Of a stretch of DNA of 64,000 bases, positions 45,713 to 58,067 are shown piece by piece. How positions within the stretch are numbered: position 1 is the stretch's first letter; each line of letters begins with the position of its first letter. A program made the translations under genes and the position numbers. The notes under the pieces are model-generated. The model saw only the letters and a program-made list of their open reading frames with translations, had not been told where the DNA came from and searched no databases. Where the stretch lies: contig JBAZEP010000003.1 of NCBI GenBank assembly GCA_041653835.1, positions 3,812 to 67,811 on the forward strand, in the 5' to 3' direction. The DNA is from Candidatus Omnitrophota bacterium (GTDB lineage: Bacteria > Omnitrophota > Gorgyraeia > Gorgyraeales > Gorgyraeaceae).

Positions 45713-47463
45713 TGTCATTAAAAGGTATACCCGCTTCGCCCGGCATAGCCGTAGGTAAGGCATTTTTATTCGATACAAGGCAGTTTATCGTGACCGAAAA
45801 AGCGATCAAGCAGGAGCTTGTTCCTTCCGAGATCATCCGTTTCGAAGAAGCCCTCATAAAGACACGTTCGGAAATACTCGCTATACAAAAAAAGATCTCG
45901 CATGAAATGGGAGCGCAGCACGCGGAAATATTCAACGCCCATTTGCTCGTCCTGGAAGACAGGATGCTGATAGAAGAGGTCATTGAAGGCCTCAAAAAAG
46001 AGCACAAATGCGTGGAATATATATTTTCTAAGGTCATCGAGAAATACATCAAGGTCTTTTCCAGGATGAATGACGAATACCTGAAAGAAAGGACCAGCGA
46101 CATAGAGGATGTAGGCAAGAGGATATTGAAAAATCTCATAGGCGTCCAGGAAAAAACCCTCAGCGATCTGAAAGAAAGAGTAATAGTGGTCGCTTACGAT
46201 ATTTCGCCTTCCGAGACCGCCAATATGCACAAGCAGAATGTCATAGGTTTTGTCACGGACATAGGCGGCAGGACATCCCATACCGCTATCATGGCGAAGT
46301 CTCTCGAGATCCCGGCTGTGGTAGGGCTTGAGAAAGCTACCAGCAGGATAAAGAGCGGCGATACCCTGATCGTGGACGGCGAGGACGGGGTAGTAATAAT
46401 AAATCCGGACAAATCGGTCATAAAAAAATACGAGGCAAAACAACAGAAGTTCGTCGAGTTCGAGAAGATACTCCTTGATTTTAAAGATACGCCGGCCTCC
46501 ACTATCGACGGCCATCGGGTAGAAGTATCGGCGAATATAGAATTGCCTGACGAGGTTGATTCAGTTATCGCGCATGGGGCTGAGGGCATAGGGCTCTACC
46601 GCACCGAATTCCTTTACATGAACAGGAATGACGTGCCCGACGAAGAGGAACAGTTCGAGGCGTATAAAAAAGTGGCGGTCAAGCTTTCCAAGGGCCCGGT
46701 AATAATACGTACCCTGGATATCGGCGGGGATAAATTTTTATCCCAGCTCAAGGTTCCGCAGGAGATGAACCCGTTCATGGGATGGAGGGCTATAAGATTC
46801 TGCCTTGCCAGGCCCGAGATATTCAAGGTCCAGTTAAGGGCTATACTTCGCGCGAGCGTATTCGGGAACATCAAGCTTATGTTCCCCATGATATCCGGCC
46901 TGGGGGAACTCAGGCAGGCCATAAAGGTCCTGGAAGAGGCGAAGCATGAGTTGAAAAATAGAAAAATGAGCTTTAACCAGGACATAGAAGTCGGGGCAAT
47001 GATAGAGATACCGTCAGCCGCCCTTACGTGCGACCTGCTGGCAAAAGAAGTGGACTTTTTCAGCATAGGCACAAACGATCTTATACAATATTCGCTGGCG
47101 GTGGACAGGGCCAACGAGAAGATAGCGTATCTCTACAGGCCGACCCATCCCGCGGTGCTCAGGCTCATAAAAAATATAATAGATTCCGGGCATAAAGAAA
47201 ATATATGGGTAGGGCTGTGCGGAGAGATGGCCGCGGAATCGGGTTTCGTCCTTATACTGTTGGGCCTCGGCCTGGATGAATTCAGCATGAGCCCTGTAGT
47301 TGTCCCGGAAATGAAATATGTCATAAGCAACGTGAAGTTCGAGGACGCCAAAAAAGTCGCGGAAGAGGCAATGAAACTTTCCACGGGCGAAGAGGTGGAG
47401 ACGTTTACCAATAAGCGGCTGAACGAGCTTGTACCTTTGTTAAAGAAGATCAGGAAGAAGTAA
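45712..47463 (+). CDS. ptsI: PTS enzyme I
   Basis: GGRTSHTAI, GIGLYRTEF, RTLDIGGDK, SIGTNDLIQY and CGEMA motifs. Confidence 0.96.
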   Translation: MSLKGIPASPGIAVGKAFLFDTRQFIVTEKAIKQELVPSEIIRFEEALIKTRSEILAIQKKISHEMGAQHAEIFNAHLLVLEDRMLIEEVIEGLKKEHKCVEYIFSKVIEKYIKVFSRMNDEYLKERTSDIEDVGKRILKNLIGVQEKTLSDLKERVIVVAYDISPSETANMHKQNVIGFVTDIGGRTSHTAIMAKSLEIPAVVGLEKATSRIKSGDTLIVDGEDGVVIINPDKSVIKKYEAKQQKFVEFEKILLDFKDTPASTIDGHRVEVSANIELPDEVDSVIAHGAEGIGLYRTEFLYMNRNDVPDEEEQFEAYKKVAVKLSKGPVIIRTLDIGGDKFLSQLKVPQEMNPFMGWRAIRFCLARPEIFKVQLRAILRASVFGNIKLMFPMISGLGELRQAIKVLEEAKHELKNRKMSFNQDIEVGAMIEIPSAALTCDLLAKEVDFFSIGTNDLIQYSLAVDRANEKIAYLYRPTHPAVLRLIKNIIDSGHKENIWVGLCGEMAAESGFVLILLGLGLDEFSMSPVVVPEMKYVISNVKFEDAKKVAEEAMKLSTGEEVETFTNKRLNELVPLLKKIRKK

Positions 47464-47474
47464 AAACTCCCGGC

Positions 47475-48542
47475 ATGAACAAACTGGACAATTTGAAATC
47501 GATAAAAAAGCTGGATCGCTCGGACATGCTGAAGTTCATTTCAGGCTTGCCGGAACAATGCCTTGACGCCTATGGCGCGGGCATGTCTTCGGACATAACC
47601 AAACCCCCGGTAAAAATAAACAATATAGTCTTCGCCGGGATGGGAGGATCGGGCATAGGGGCCGAGCTCGTCAAGTCTTGCCTGGAGCGCGAGTTATCCG
47701 TGCCTATGTCGATATGCCGCAGCTATGCCCTGCCGGGTTTTGTAAAAGACGATACGCTTTTATTCTGCTCGAGTTATTCAGGCAATACGGAAGAAACGCT
47801 TTCATGCTTTGAGGAAGGCGTAAGAAAAAAAGCCTTTATAGTGACCCTTGGGACGGGCGGAAAATTAAAAGAGCTGTCGTCCGCGAATAAGTGCGTGCAT
47901 ATCCCGGTCCCGCCGGGCTATCCTCCCAGGACAGCGGTAGGTTATATGTCGATAATACTGCTCGGCGTTTTAGCGGCGCTCGGCTTTGTAGAAGACAAGA
48001 AAAAAGACGTGGACGAACTTTATTCCGCGCTTTCGGGTATCAGGGATAAGGAGGCGGGGTTTGATGTCCCGGCGCGGGAAAATATCGCCAAACAGATAGC
48101 CGCCAAGCTTTACAAAAAATATCCCGTGCTCTACGGCACGGCCGGCTCGACCGAGGCTGTCAGCGCCAGGTGGAGGGGGCAGATCGCGGAGAATTCAAAA
48201 GCGCTTTCGTCTTCCGGCGTCCTGCCCGAGATGGACCATAACGAGATAGTAGGCTGGAGATTTCCGGAAAAACTTCTCAAGGACTTTAAGGTCATAATGC
48301 TTTGCGATAAAGGCGACGATGAACGCGTGAGAGAACGCGCCCGGATCACCGTAAACGTCATAAAAAAATCAAAGGCAGAGGTGATCACGCTGGAAAGGAA
48401 CGGCTCTTCCAGGCTCGCGAGGCTCTTTTCCCTTATGTACATAGGCGATTTTACAAGTTTTTATCTCGCTATCCTCAATGGCATCGATCCGACCCCGGTG
48501 GACAGCATAGATTATCTAAAAAAAGAATTGGGGAAAATATAA
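47475..48542 (+). CDS. bifunctional phosphoglucose/phosphomannose isomerase
   Basis: GMGGSGIG, SYSGNTEET, ENSK, PEMDHNEIVG and DPTPV motifs. Confidence 0.92.
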   Translation: MNKLDNLKSIKKLDRSDMLKFISGLPEQCLDAYGAGMSSDITKPPVKINNIVFAGMGGSGIGAELVKSCLERELSVPMSICRSYALPGFVKDDTLLFCSSYSGNTEETLSCFEEGVRKKAFIVTLGTGGKLKELSSANKCVHIPVPPGYPPRTAVGYMSIILLGVLAALGFVEDKKKDVDELYSALSGIRDKEAGFDVPARENIAKQIAAKLYKKYPVLYGTAGSTEAVSARWRGQIAENSKALSSSGVLPEMDHNEIVGWRFPEKLLKDFKVIMLCDKGDDERVRERARITVNVIKKSKAEVITLERNGSSRLARLFSLMYIGDFTSFYLAILNGIDPTPVDSIDYLKKELGKI

Positions 48543-48548
48543 TGGAAG

Positions 48549-48624
48549 TTCTCGACTCTCCGCCTGCGGCGGATCGCTCGAACAATATTCTTCGAGCGAG
48601 CGACCGAAGGAAGTGAGTCGAGAA
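48549..48624. repeat. 76-bp cloverleaf/cruciform intergenic element
   Basis: TTCTCGACTC/GAGTCGAGAA outer stem; TCCGCC-TGC-GGCGGA; TCGCTCGAA/TTCGAGCGA; CC-GAA-GG. Confidence 0.8.
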
Positions 48625-48633
48625 GTGAAAAAT

Positions 48634-49383
48634 ATGAAAATATTATTGCTGGCGGCCGGATACGCCACCAGGCTGTATCCGTTGACCCTGAATACCCCAA
48701 AACCGCTTCTCCCCGTAGCCGGAAAAACCGTCATGGCCCATATATTCGATATCATCGAGCCGCTGAAAGCCGCGGACGAAGTTTTTGTCGTGACAAACGA
48801 CAAATTTTACCGGGATTTCGAGGATTGGAAAAAAACCTTCAAGAGCTCGAAAAAAATAACCATAATAAATGACGGTACGTTATCCAATGAGACAAGGCTC
48901 GGCGCCACCGGGGACATAGAATTCGTCATAGAGAAAGAAAATATAAAAGACGACCTGCTGGTTCTGGCGGGGGACAATCTTTTCAAGGCTGACCTTTCCG
49001 TATTTTCGGATTTCTGCTCTTCGAAAAGGCCGTCTATCACAATAGGCCTTTACGATATAAAAGACTTGCTTCTCGCGAAGAATTACGGTATAGTATCCGT
49101 TGATAAAAATAATAAAATAACGGATTTCATGGAAAAACCATCCGCTCCTCCTTCTACGCTTGCTGCAATGTGCCTTTATTTTTTTCCAAAAGAAAGACTG
49201 GGCATAATGAAGGAATACCGCGGGACAAATACCGCGAAGGACGCGCCCGGTTATTTCCTGGAATGGCTTTACAAGAAAGAAGAGGTATTCGGGTACGTAT
49301 TTAAGGATGAAAAGTGGTTTGACATAGGGGATAAAAAATCGCTGGAAGAAGCGGACAAAGAATTTAGAAAGGAGAGAAAGTAA
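48634..49383 (+). CDS. sugar-phosphate nucleotidyltransferase
   Basis: [13 protein letters not shown]...[14 protein letters not shown] and WFDIG motifs. Confidence 0.9.
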   Translation: MKILLLAAGYATRLYPLTLNTPKPLLPVAGKTVMAHIFDIIEPLKAADEVFVVTNDKFYRDFEDWKKTFKSSKKITIINDGTLSNETRLGATGDIEFVIEKENIKDDLLVLAGDNLFKADLSVFSDFCSSKRPSITIGLYDIKDLLLAKNYGIVSVDKNNKITDFMEKPSAPPSTLAAMCLYFFPKERLGIMKEYRGTNTAKDAPGYFLEWLYKKEEVFGYVFKDEKWFDIGDKKSLEEADKEFRKERK

Positions 49384-49385
49384 AA

Positions 49386-51811
<2,426 letters not shown>

Positions 51812-51830
51812 CCTTAACCTTCAAACCTTC

Positions 51831-51869
51831 CCCAAACCCGCATCGGGGAGTCCCCGATGCGGGTTTGGG
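51831..51869. terminator. 39-bp perfect palindrome between convergent genes (probable terminator)
   Basis: CCCAAACCCGCATCGGGGA-G-TCCCCGATGCGGGTTTGGG followed by TTTTT. Confidence 0.7.
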
Positions 51870-51877
51870 TTTTTGGG

Positions 51878-52972
51878 TTAATTCCTTATCAGTATTATCC
51901 CCACAGATCCGAATATTATATTTGCCAGATGGGCTGAAAGAAAAGGCGGGAGCGCCCCGCTTTTGCCGAGCGCGATGAAACTTGCCATAAACGCGTAGTA
52001 AATAAATCCTATCACGATACTCATACCTATCCCGACCAGCGCCGAGGCCCTGCCTCTCTGTCTTATCTTTAAAGCGAAGCCCGCGCCTATCAATATTACC
52101 ACGAGGCTGGCGAACGGGAGGCTTATTTTCTGATGCAGGTCCACGTGAAGCCTGGCTATTAATTTAGGCGATGTCTCCGAAAAGTTCTTTATATAGTTCG
52201 AGAGGTCCATATAGCTCATATATTCGTAATTCGTGCCTTTGGATATAAGGTCTTCCGGGCTTTCCATGTCCAGGACCCTTTTTTGGAAGAATTCCGGCGA
52301 ACCGACCACTGCGCCTTTTCTGTCCAGCTTGTACGCGAGCACGCTCGAGAAAAGCCATTTTCTGCCCGCCCATCTCGCTTCATGGGCATTTATTTTTAGC
52401 GACACATTGTCTCTTTTGTCCTGCTGGAGTATAGTGATGCCGTAAGCGGTTTTGGATGACGGGTCGAAATTGTCTATGAATATAAGGCGGTTATTTTTGC
52501 CGTAGAGCGCGATATTGGATATATTTTTCCTGGCGGCGGATGTATTTTTATCCACACTGTCCATGTAATTTTCTTTTATCGATTCCGCTTTTCTCATGCT
52601 TTGCGGGAGTATCCTTTCGGATATGCCGAACATGATTATTGTCACCGCTATCCCCACACATATGAACGGCGCCAGTATCCTGTATATACTTATACCCGCG
52701 GCGCGCATGGCGGTGATCTCACCGTATTTATTGAGCGAGCCCAGGACATATATGGAGGATATCAGGCTCGCCACGGGCGCGGTCTGCGAGACGATAAGGG
52801 GTATCATCGACAGATAGTATTCCCATAATATCCCGATGTGTATATTTTGTTTCAGGACCTCGTCCAGCCTGCCGAAAAGGTCGATGATGACATAAAGGAT
52901 GACAAATACCAGGAGGCAGTATATAAGAGGCAGTATAAAATATTTAGCTATGTATTTGTCCAATATTCGCAT
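51878..52972 (-). CDS. lptG: LPS export permease LptG-like
   Basis: MRILDKYI, GEITAMRAAGIS; six-TM layout; second gene of the pair. Confidence 0.82.
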   Translation of the reverse strand: MRILDKYIAKYFILPLIYCLLVFVILYVIIDLFGRLDEVLKQNIHIGILWEYYLSMIPLIVSQTAPVASLISSIYVLGSLNKYGEITAMRAAGISIYRILAPFICVGIAVTIIMFGISERILPQSMRKAESIKENYMDSVDKNTSAARKNISNIALYGKNNRLIFIDNFDPSSKTAYGITILQQDKRDNVSLKINAHEARWAGRKWLFSSVLAYKLDRKGAVVGSPEFFQKRVLDMESPEDLISKGTNYEYMSYMDLSNYIKNFSETSPKLIARLHVDLHQKISLPFASLVVILIGAGFALKIRQRGRASALVGIGMSIVIGFIYYAFMASFIALGKSGALPPFLSAHLANIIFGSVGIILIRN

Positions 52973-52975
52973 GAT

Positions 52976-54073
52976 TTAAGCTTCTATGGTTTTACGCAAC
53001 AATATTATCCCTGCCATGCCTACGATCAAATTAGGCAGGTACATCCAGAATGCCGGGCTCAACACGCCTTTCAGGGATAACGCTATGCTTAAAGCCATCA
53101 ATAGATAGTATAATACGATAAGCCCCAGCGCCACGGCGAATTGGATGGTCTTTTCCCCGCGCCGTGTATATATCCCCAGCGGGATCCCTATGATCATGAA
53201 GACCAGGCTGGCGAAAGACATGGATATCTTCCTGTGGAATTCCGTAACGAGGTTCGGAGTATCCACGTGATACCTGCCAAGTTTTTTGATCTCGTTTTTT
53301 ATTTCCCTGAAATTCATCTCTTTGGGTTTTTTTTCCGTATAGCCGCTGGACGCTATGGATTCATCCACATTCAGGGTCAGGTAATATGTCTTGAAATTCA
53401 GTTTATAGAAATTTACGGGATTCTTCGGGTTAGGTTCGTCGCTTGTGCCGTTTGTAAGTTTTAATTTTACCGCGTTCTGGTTGTCGAGCGTTATGAATTC
53501 CCCTCTTTCCGCTATGATGGTCCTGGTGGAATGTTCGTCCTGCGGCTGGTATATGCGGACGCCCTTCAGCCTATTGCCGTTTATCTCATGGATGAATATT
53601 ATGTAGCCTTTGAAACTTTTTATGAATGTCCCGGGTTCAAGGTACGCGGCAGGGGTCTTTACCCCGATATTCCTTACGATCTTTCTGGACTCGAAATGCA
53701 TCCCGGGTATTATATCGTTATTCAACATCACCGAGATAAGGCTGAACGAGAGACCCAGGATGACCAGTGGAAGAGCCAGCCTGTAAAGATTTATGCCGCT
53801 TGAGCGCATGGCGGTAATCTCGTTGTCCCCCGAAAGCCTGCCGAATACAAGGAGCGTGGAAGTCAATATGGACATCGGTATGGTATAACTCAGCAGGAAT
53901 GGTATAAGATAAAGGAACAGCCTGCCCACAAGCCTTATATCCACGCCTTTATTTATCACGAGCTCCGCGAGCCTTATTATATTACCTATTACGAGGGTAA
54001 AGGTGAATATCGCCAGGGAAAAGAAAAACATGGTAAATATCTCTTTTATTATATATCTGCGCAGTATTTTCAT
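52976..54073 (-). CDS. lptF: LPS export permease LptF-like
   Basis: ILRRYI, GRLSGDNEITAMRSSG and EFHRK motifs. Confidence 0.82.
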   Translation of the reverse strand: MKILRRYIIKEIFTMFFFSLAIFTFTLVIGNIIRLAELVINKGVDIRLVGRLFLYLIPFLLSYTIPMSILTSTLLVFGRLSGDNEITAMRSSGINLYRLALPLVILGLSFSLISVMLNNDIIPGMHFESRKIVRNIGVKTPAAYLEPGTFIKSFKGYIIFIHEINGNRLKGVRIYQPQDEHSTRTIIAERGEFITLDNQNAVKLKLTNGTSDEPNPKNPVNFYKLNFKTYYLTLNVDESIASSGYTEKKPKEMNFREIKNEIKKLGRYHVDTPNLVTEFHRKISMSFASLVFMIIGIPLGIYTRRGEKTIQFAVALGLIVLYYLLMALSIALSLKGVLSPAFWMYLPNLIVGMAGIILLRKTIEA

Positions 54074-54786
54074 AGGTCATTTCCCCGGGCGAGCGTTATT
54101 ACCTCCACATATCCCGCGCCTGACTCCTTGAGGAGCCTCGAGCATTCATTGACGGTAGAGCCCGTGGTGAAAAGGTCGTCCACGAGCAGGATATTTTTAC
54201 CCCGGACGGATGAGCCGCTCTTCAAAGAAAAGCTGGAGCGGAGATTTTTTACTCTTTCCTGTCTTTTAAGCTTGCTCTGGGGCAGGGTGTCTTTTATTTT
54301 CCTGAGTGTGTTTCCATAATAAGGTATTCTCATTTCTTTCCCTAATTTACGCGCCAGGATGCCGGAATGATTGATTTCCCTCTCGAATAACCTGGCGGGA
54401 GACATCGGTACGGGTAATATCATCCCGCACTTCCTGCCTACGCCGTATTTTTTCATAAAACCCGCCATCAGCGTAGTAAAGTCCGAAGACAGGGAAGTTA
54501 TTTTCCTGTATTTAAAATCATGTATAAGGCCTTTCAGCGGGCCGTCATAATGGAATGCCGACCACGCGCGGTCAAAATACGGCTCATCTTTTTTGCAATC
54601 CGCGCATACATTTACCTGCTCAGGATCGCCTTCGAGCCGCCTGCCGCATCTCGCGCAGAAGGGAGGGAGCCTTTCCTTTATGCTTTTGGCGCACGCGGGG
54701 CAGACATTGCGGTTGTATTTGTCCGTCCTCCCGCCGCACACCCTGCACAGGACGGGATAAAGCAGATTTACCACGGTTTTCAGCAT
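54070..54786 (-). CDS. comF: ComF family protein (double Zn ribbon + PRTase)
   Basis: Four CxxC pairs; LLVDDLFTTGST. Start placed at MLKTV. Confidence 0.88.
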   Translation of the reverse strand: MLKTVVNLLYPVLCRVCGGRTDKYNRNVCPACAKSIKERLPPFCARCGRRLEGDPEQVNVCADCKKDEPYFDRAWSAFHYDGPLKGLIHDFKYRKITSLSSDFTTLMAGFMKKYGVGRKCGMILPVPMSPARLFEREINHSGILARKLGKEMRIPYYGNTLRKIKDTLPQSKLKRQERVKNLRSSFSLKSGSSVRGKNILLVDDLFTTGSTVNECSRLLKESGAGYVEVITLARGNDL

Positions 54787-54881
54787 AGGATAAATATAAC
54801 ACAACGGGTAATTAAATGCAAAGCTTTCAATTAAACAAAATTCCTTCACATTATTATATTTTTATGCTATATTGTTCAAAT

Positions 54882-55613
54882 ATGGCGGATAATAATATAG
54901 ATAATATAGAAGAAAAAATGAGGAACCTTGAGGATTGGAACAGCGAACGCGCCAGGATTAAGCCGGTCCTGGAAGTGGCTGTCGATTTCCATAATAAAGC
55001 GCGGCGCGAAAGGTACTGGAAAAATTTCGAAAAGGCCTCGGAGTTCTACGTGCAGGCTATCGCGAACTACAGAAGCGCGCTCAAGCTGGATCCGAGGTAT
55101 TACCTGCAGGATATTGTAGAAAGAGTGGATTCCGTCATAGAAGAGCATGTGAATAATATGTTTAACCTTAAGGTAAGCGGGGACAGGTTAAAGACCGTCC
55201 AGGGCGTCAAAGAATTTATGGAGTTTGTGGAAGGCCTTAGTGCCGACGAAAAGAAATATGTGGACCGCTATGAGATAGCGTCGACTTATTTCAAAATAGG
55301 CGAACTGTATCTGGGGGACGGGGATATAGACAGGGCATATGAATTTTTTAATAAAGTAATAGATATGGAATGCAACAGGCCTTTCCTTAACAGGGATACA
55401 TATTTAAATATAGGCAGGATACAATTCGATAAGAAAAGATACAAAGAAGCCCTTGTGAGTTTTGTTTCCATGCTTTCTTTTGACAGGGGTAACGCGGATG
55501 CCGTAGTTTATCTCGACATGTGTTTAAAGGAATTAAAGATATTCGAACACAGGTTCAAATTTTTATCCGCGGCGCCGAACGAGGCTAAAAAACTTATAAT
55601 GGAGGTATTATGA
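54882..55613 (+). CDS. TPR-repeat protein
   Basis: YFKIGELY...A...F.KVI and YLNIGRI...Y.EAL TPR-like helices. Confidence 0.75.
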   Translation: MADNNIDNIEEKMRNLEDWNSERARIKPVLEVAVDFHNKARRERYWKNFEKASEFYVQAIANYRSALKLDPRYYLQDIVERVDSVIEEHVNNMFNLKVSGDRLKTVQGVKEFMEFVEGLSADEKKYVDRYEIASTYFKIGELYLGDGDIDRAYEFFNKVIDMECNRPFLNRDTYLNIGRIQFDKKRYKEALVSFVSMLSFDRGNADAVVYLDMCLKELKIFEHRFKFLSAAPNEAKKLIMEVL

Positions 55614-55990
55614 TCAATGATTTTTTTGCGGAGAAAAGGAGGTATCCCAGGATCGAGTTGAGCCTGGACGCCAAGTATAAGATACTGGATTATGAGCAGG
55701 TATATCAGTACGGCAAGACCCAGAATGTATCCGCCGAAGGCGTGTGTTTCGCGTCCGGCGAGCCTTTGAAGTCGGGGGTTTATGTCCAGCTCGAGGTGGA
55801 CATAAAGGACGGATATCCGCCTGTATCCATGGTAGCCGAAATAAGGTGGACCGGCGACGTTAAGGCCGGCAGGGACAAAAAATATATAAACGGCGTCAAG
55901 ATCGTAAATATGCCGGCGAAGGATGAGGCGAGGTTTTTGAAATATTATTGCGATAAAATAGTGGAAAAATTATCAGCTTACCTTAAATAA
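55610..55990 (+). CDS. PilZ-domain protein
   Basis: RRYPR and NVSAEG c-di-GMP motifs. Confidence 0.85.
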   Translation: MINDFFAEKRRYPRIELSLDAKYKILDYEQVYQYGKTQNVSAEGVCFASGEPLKSGVYVQLEVDIKDGYPPVSMVAEIRWTGDVKAGRDKKYINGVKIVNMPAKDEARFLKYYCDKIVEKLSAYLK

Positions 55991-56005
55991 AACAGGAGGG
56001 GCAAT

Positions 56006-56398
56006 ATGGTAATACGTTTATTGTTGGTTCTCGCGCTGGTGTTCGGCTTAACGGGGTGCCTTAAAAAGGCTTCGGACGAGAGCATGTCCACGGACGCGGG
56101 TGTTATGGAAGAAAATATGACCGGAGCGGGCGAAGAAACGATGGACCAGGGGAAGAGCGTATCAGTCGAAGCAGATTTCAGCCAGCCGTCTTCGATGGAA
56201 AAGCCGACCGTTCAGGATATCCAGGAGGCCTTGAAGAGCGCGGGCCTTTACCAGGGCAGGATAGACGGCATACTTGGGCCCAACACCAGGAAGGCCATAG
56301 AGACTTTCCAATTGCAGAATGATTTGAAAGTGGACGGCAAGGTCGGCCCCAAGACATGGGAAAAATTGAAAGAATACCTGGATAGAAATCCGGAATAA
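56006..56398 (+). CDS. lipoprotein with peptidoglycan-binding domain
   Basis: Lipobox LTGC; IQEAL...DGILGPNT..AI..FQ...L.VDG.VGPKTW. Confidence 0.88.
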   Translation: MVIRLLLVLALVFGLTGCLKKASDESMSTDAGVMEENMTGAGEETMDQGKSVSVEADFSQPSSMEKPTVQDIQEALKSAGLYQGRIDGILGPNTRKAIETFQLQNDLKVDGKVGPKTWEKLKEYLDRNPE

Positions 56399-56406
56399 CG
56401 TTCAAA

Positions 56407-57066
56407 ATGAATCCGGACGACAGTAAAAAAAGATACAGCATAGTCCACGAAGACGAATACCTGATCATAGTAAACAAACCTTCCGGGATGCTCGTTGTCC
56501 CGACCCCTAAAGGGGAAACCAACACGCTCACGGACCTTTTGAATCTGGAACTGGACGGCCGCGGCGTTACGGTCAACGCCTACCCCTGCCACAGGATCGA
56601 CAGGGAAACCTCAGGCCTTGTTATTTACGCCAAAGGTAAGTCCATCCGGGATGCCATGATGGACCAGTTCAAGAAACGCCTCGTGAAAAAGACCTATATC
56701 GCGTTTGCCCATGGCGTTGTGCGGAAAGACTCCGATACCCTTAAAGGCGAGGTGTACAGCCGCAAAAAACGTAAATCCGAATTCATGATCACGAAATACA
56801 GGGTCATTGAGAGAAGACGGGATTTTACGATAGTGGAAGTAGCGCCCCTTACAGGCAGGACAAACCAGATCAGGCTCCATTTCAAGGCACTCGGCAATCC
56901 TCTCGTAGGAGAGAGCGTATACGCCTTCAGGAAAGATTTTAAACTGAAATTCAAAAGAACGGCGCTGCACGCGAAGGCGCTGGAATTCAACCACCCTGTC
57001 ACGGGGAAGAGGATGGCTTTTAACCTGCCTTTACCCGATGATATGGCGGACTTTATCAAAAGATGA
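56407..57066 (+). CDS. RluA-family pseudouridine synthase
   Basis: NKPSG, HRIDRETSG, TGRTNQIR and LHA motifs. Confidence 0.9.
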   Translation: MNPDDSKKRYSIVHEDEYLIIVNKPSGMLVVPTPKGETNTLTDLLNLELDGRGVTVNAYPCHRIDRETSGLVIYAKGKSIRDAMMDQFKKRLVKKTYIAFAHGVVRKDSDTLKGEVYSRKKRKSEFMITKYRVIERRRDFTIVEVAPLTGRTNQIRLHFKALGNPLVGESVYAFRKDFKLKFKRTALHAKALEFNHPVTGKRMAFNLPLPDDMADFIKR

Positions 57067-58067
57067 AAATAATATTGGAATTGATATTGCTTGTAATATT
57101 ACTCTTGATAGGCGCGCTTACCGCCGCGTCCGAGACGTCTATTATCGCGGCAAGCATTGTAAAACTGAGGCGTCTGGCGGCTGACGGGTCAAAGCCCGCG
57201 AAGATGATATTGAGGATACTTGAGGCGCCGGAGAAATTTTTCGGCACCATGGTTGTTTCGAACAATATAGTGAACTCATTTATAGCCGCTATCATTACAG
57301 CTATAATAATATCTTTTATGGGCGAAAACACGCGGAGCGTGCTGGTAGCGACTTTAATATCGGCGTTTCTTATAATAGTTTTTGAGGTTGCGGCCAAAAC
57401 ACTATCTGCCGGCAGTCCGATAAGAATATCCCTGGCGCTCGTCAGGATGGTGAAGACCCTGATATTCATATTCTCGCCCGCTGTCAGGGCGCTTTCCGTG
57501 ATAACTAATTTTATAGTAAATCTCCTTGGCGGGAAAACCAAAGGCAAGGCCTCTCTTGTGGTGGAAGACGAGATAAAAGCCCTTATCAGGATAGGCGAGG
57601 AAGAAAGCCCGCGCCATAAAGATAAATACAGGATGCTTTCGAAGATATTCGAATTCAGCAATACCGTGGTGAAAACCGTGATGGTGCCCAAGGACAGGAT
57701 GATGTCTATAAATATTGATAACAATATAGATGATATACTTGACTTTGTCCTGGAATCGGGTTATTCCAGGATCCCTGTCTATAAAGACAGGCCGGACAAC
57801 ATAATCGGCGTCATAAATATGAAGGACCTGCTGAACCTGTCCGTGAACAGGGACCTTGTGATCCTGCAGGATGTTATCTATCCTCCCATATTTGTCACGG
57901 ATTCAAAAAATGTAACGGAACTGTTGAAGGAATTCCAGAAGGGCCATACGCATCTCGCTATCGTGGTCGATCCCACGGGCAAGATCCAGGGCCTGGTAAC
58001 CCTGGAAGACCTGCTTGAAGAAATAGTCGGGGAGATAGAGGACGAATCCGACATCCGCAATGCGTAA
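57063..58067 (+). CDS. CNNM/DUF21-CBS (hemolysin-family) protein
   Basis: SETS TM region; YSRIPVY and GLVTLEDLLEEIVGEI motifs. Confidence 0.9.
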   Translation: MKIILELILLVILLLIGALTAASETSIIAASIVKLRRLAADGSKPAKMILRILEAPEKFFGTMVVSNNIVNSFIAAIITAIIISFMGENTRSVLVATLISAFLIIVFEVAAKTLSAGSPIRISLALVRMVKTLIFIFSPAVRALSVITNFIVNLLGGKTKGKASLVVEDEIKALIRIGEEESPRHKDKYRMLSKIFEFSNTVVKTVMVPKDRMMSINIDNNIDDILDFVLESGYSRIPVYKDRPDNIIGVINMKDLLNLSVNRDLVILQDVIYPPIFVTDSKNVTELLKEFQKGHTHLAIVVDPTGKIQGLVTLEDLLEEIVGEIEDESDIRNA

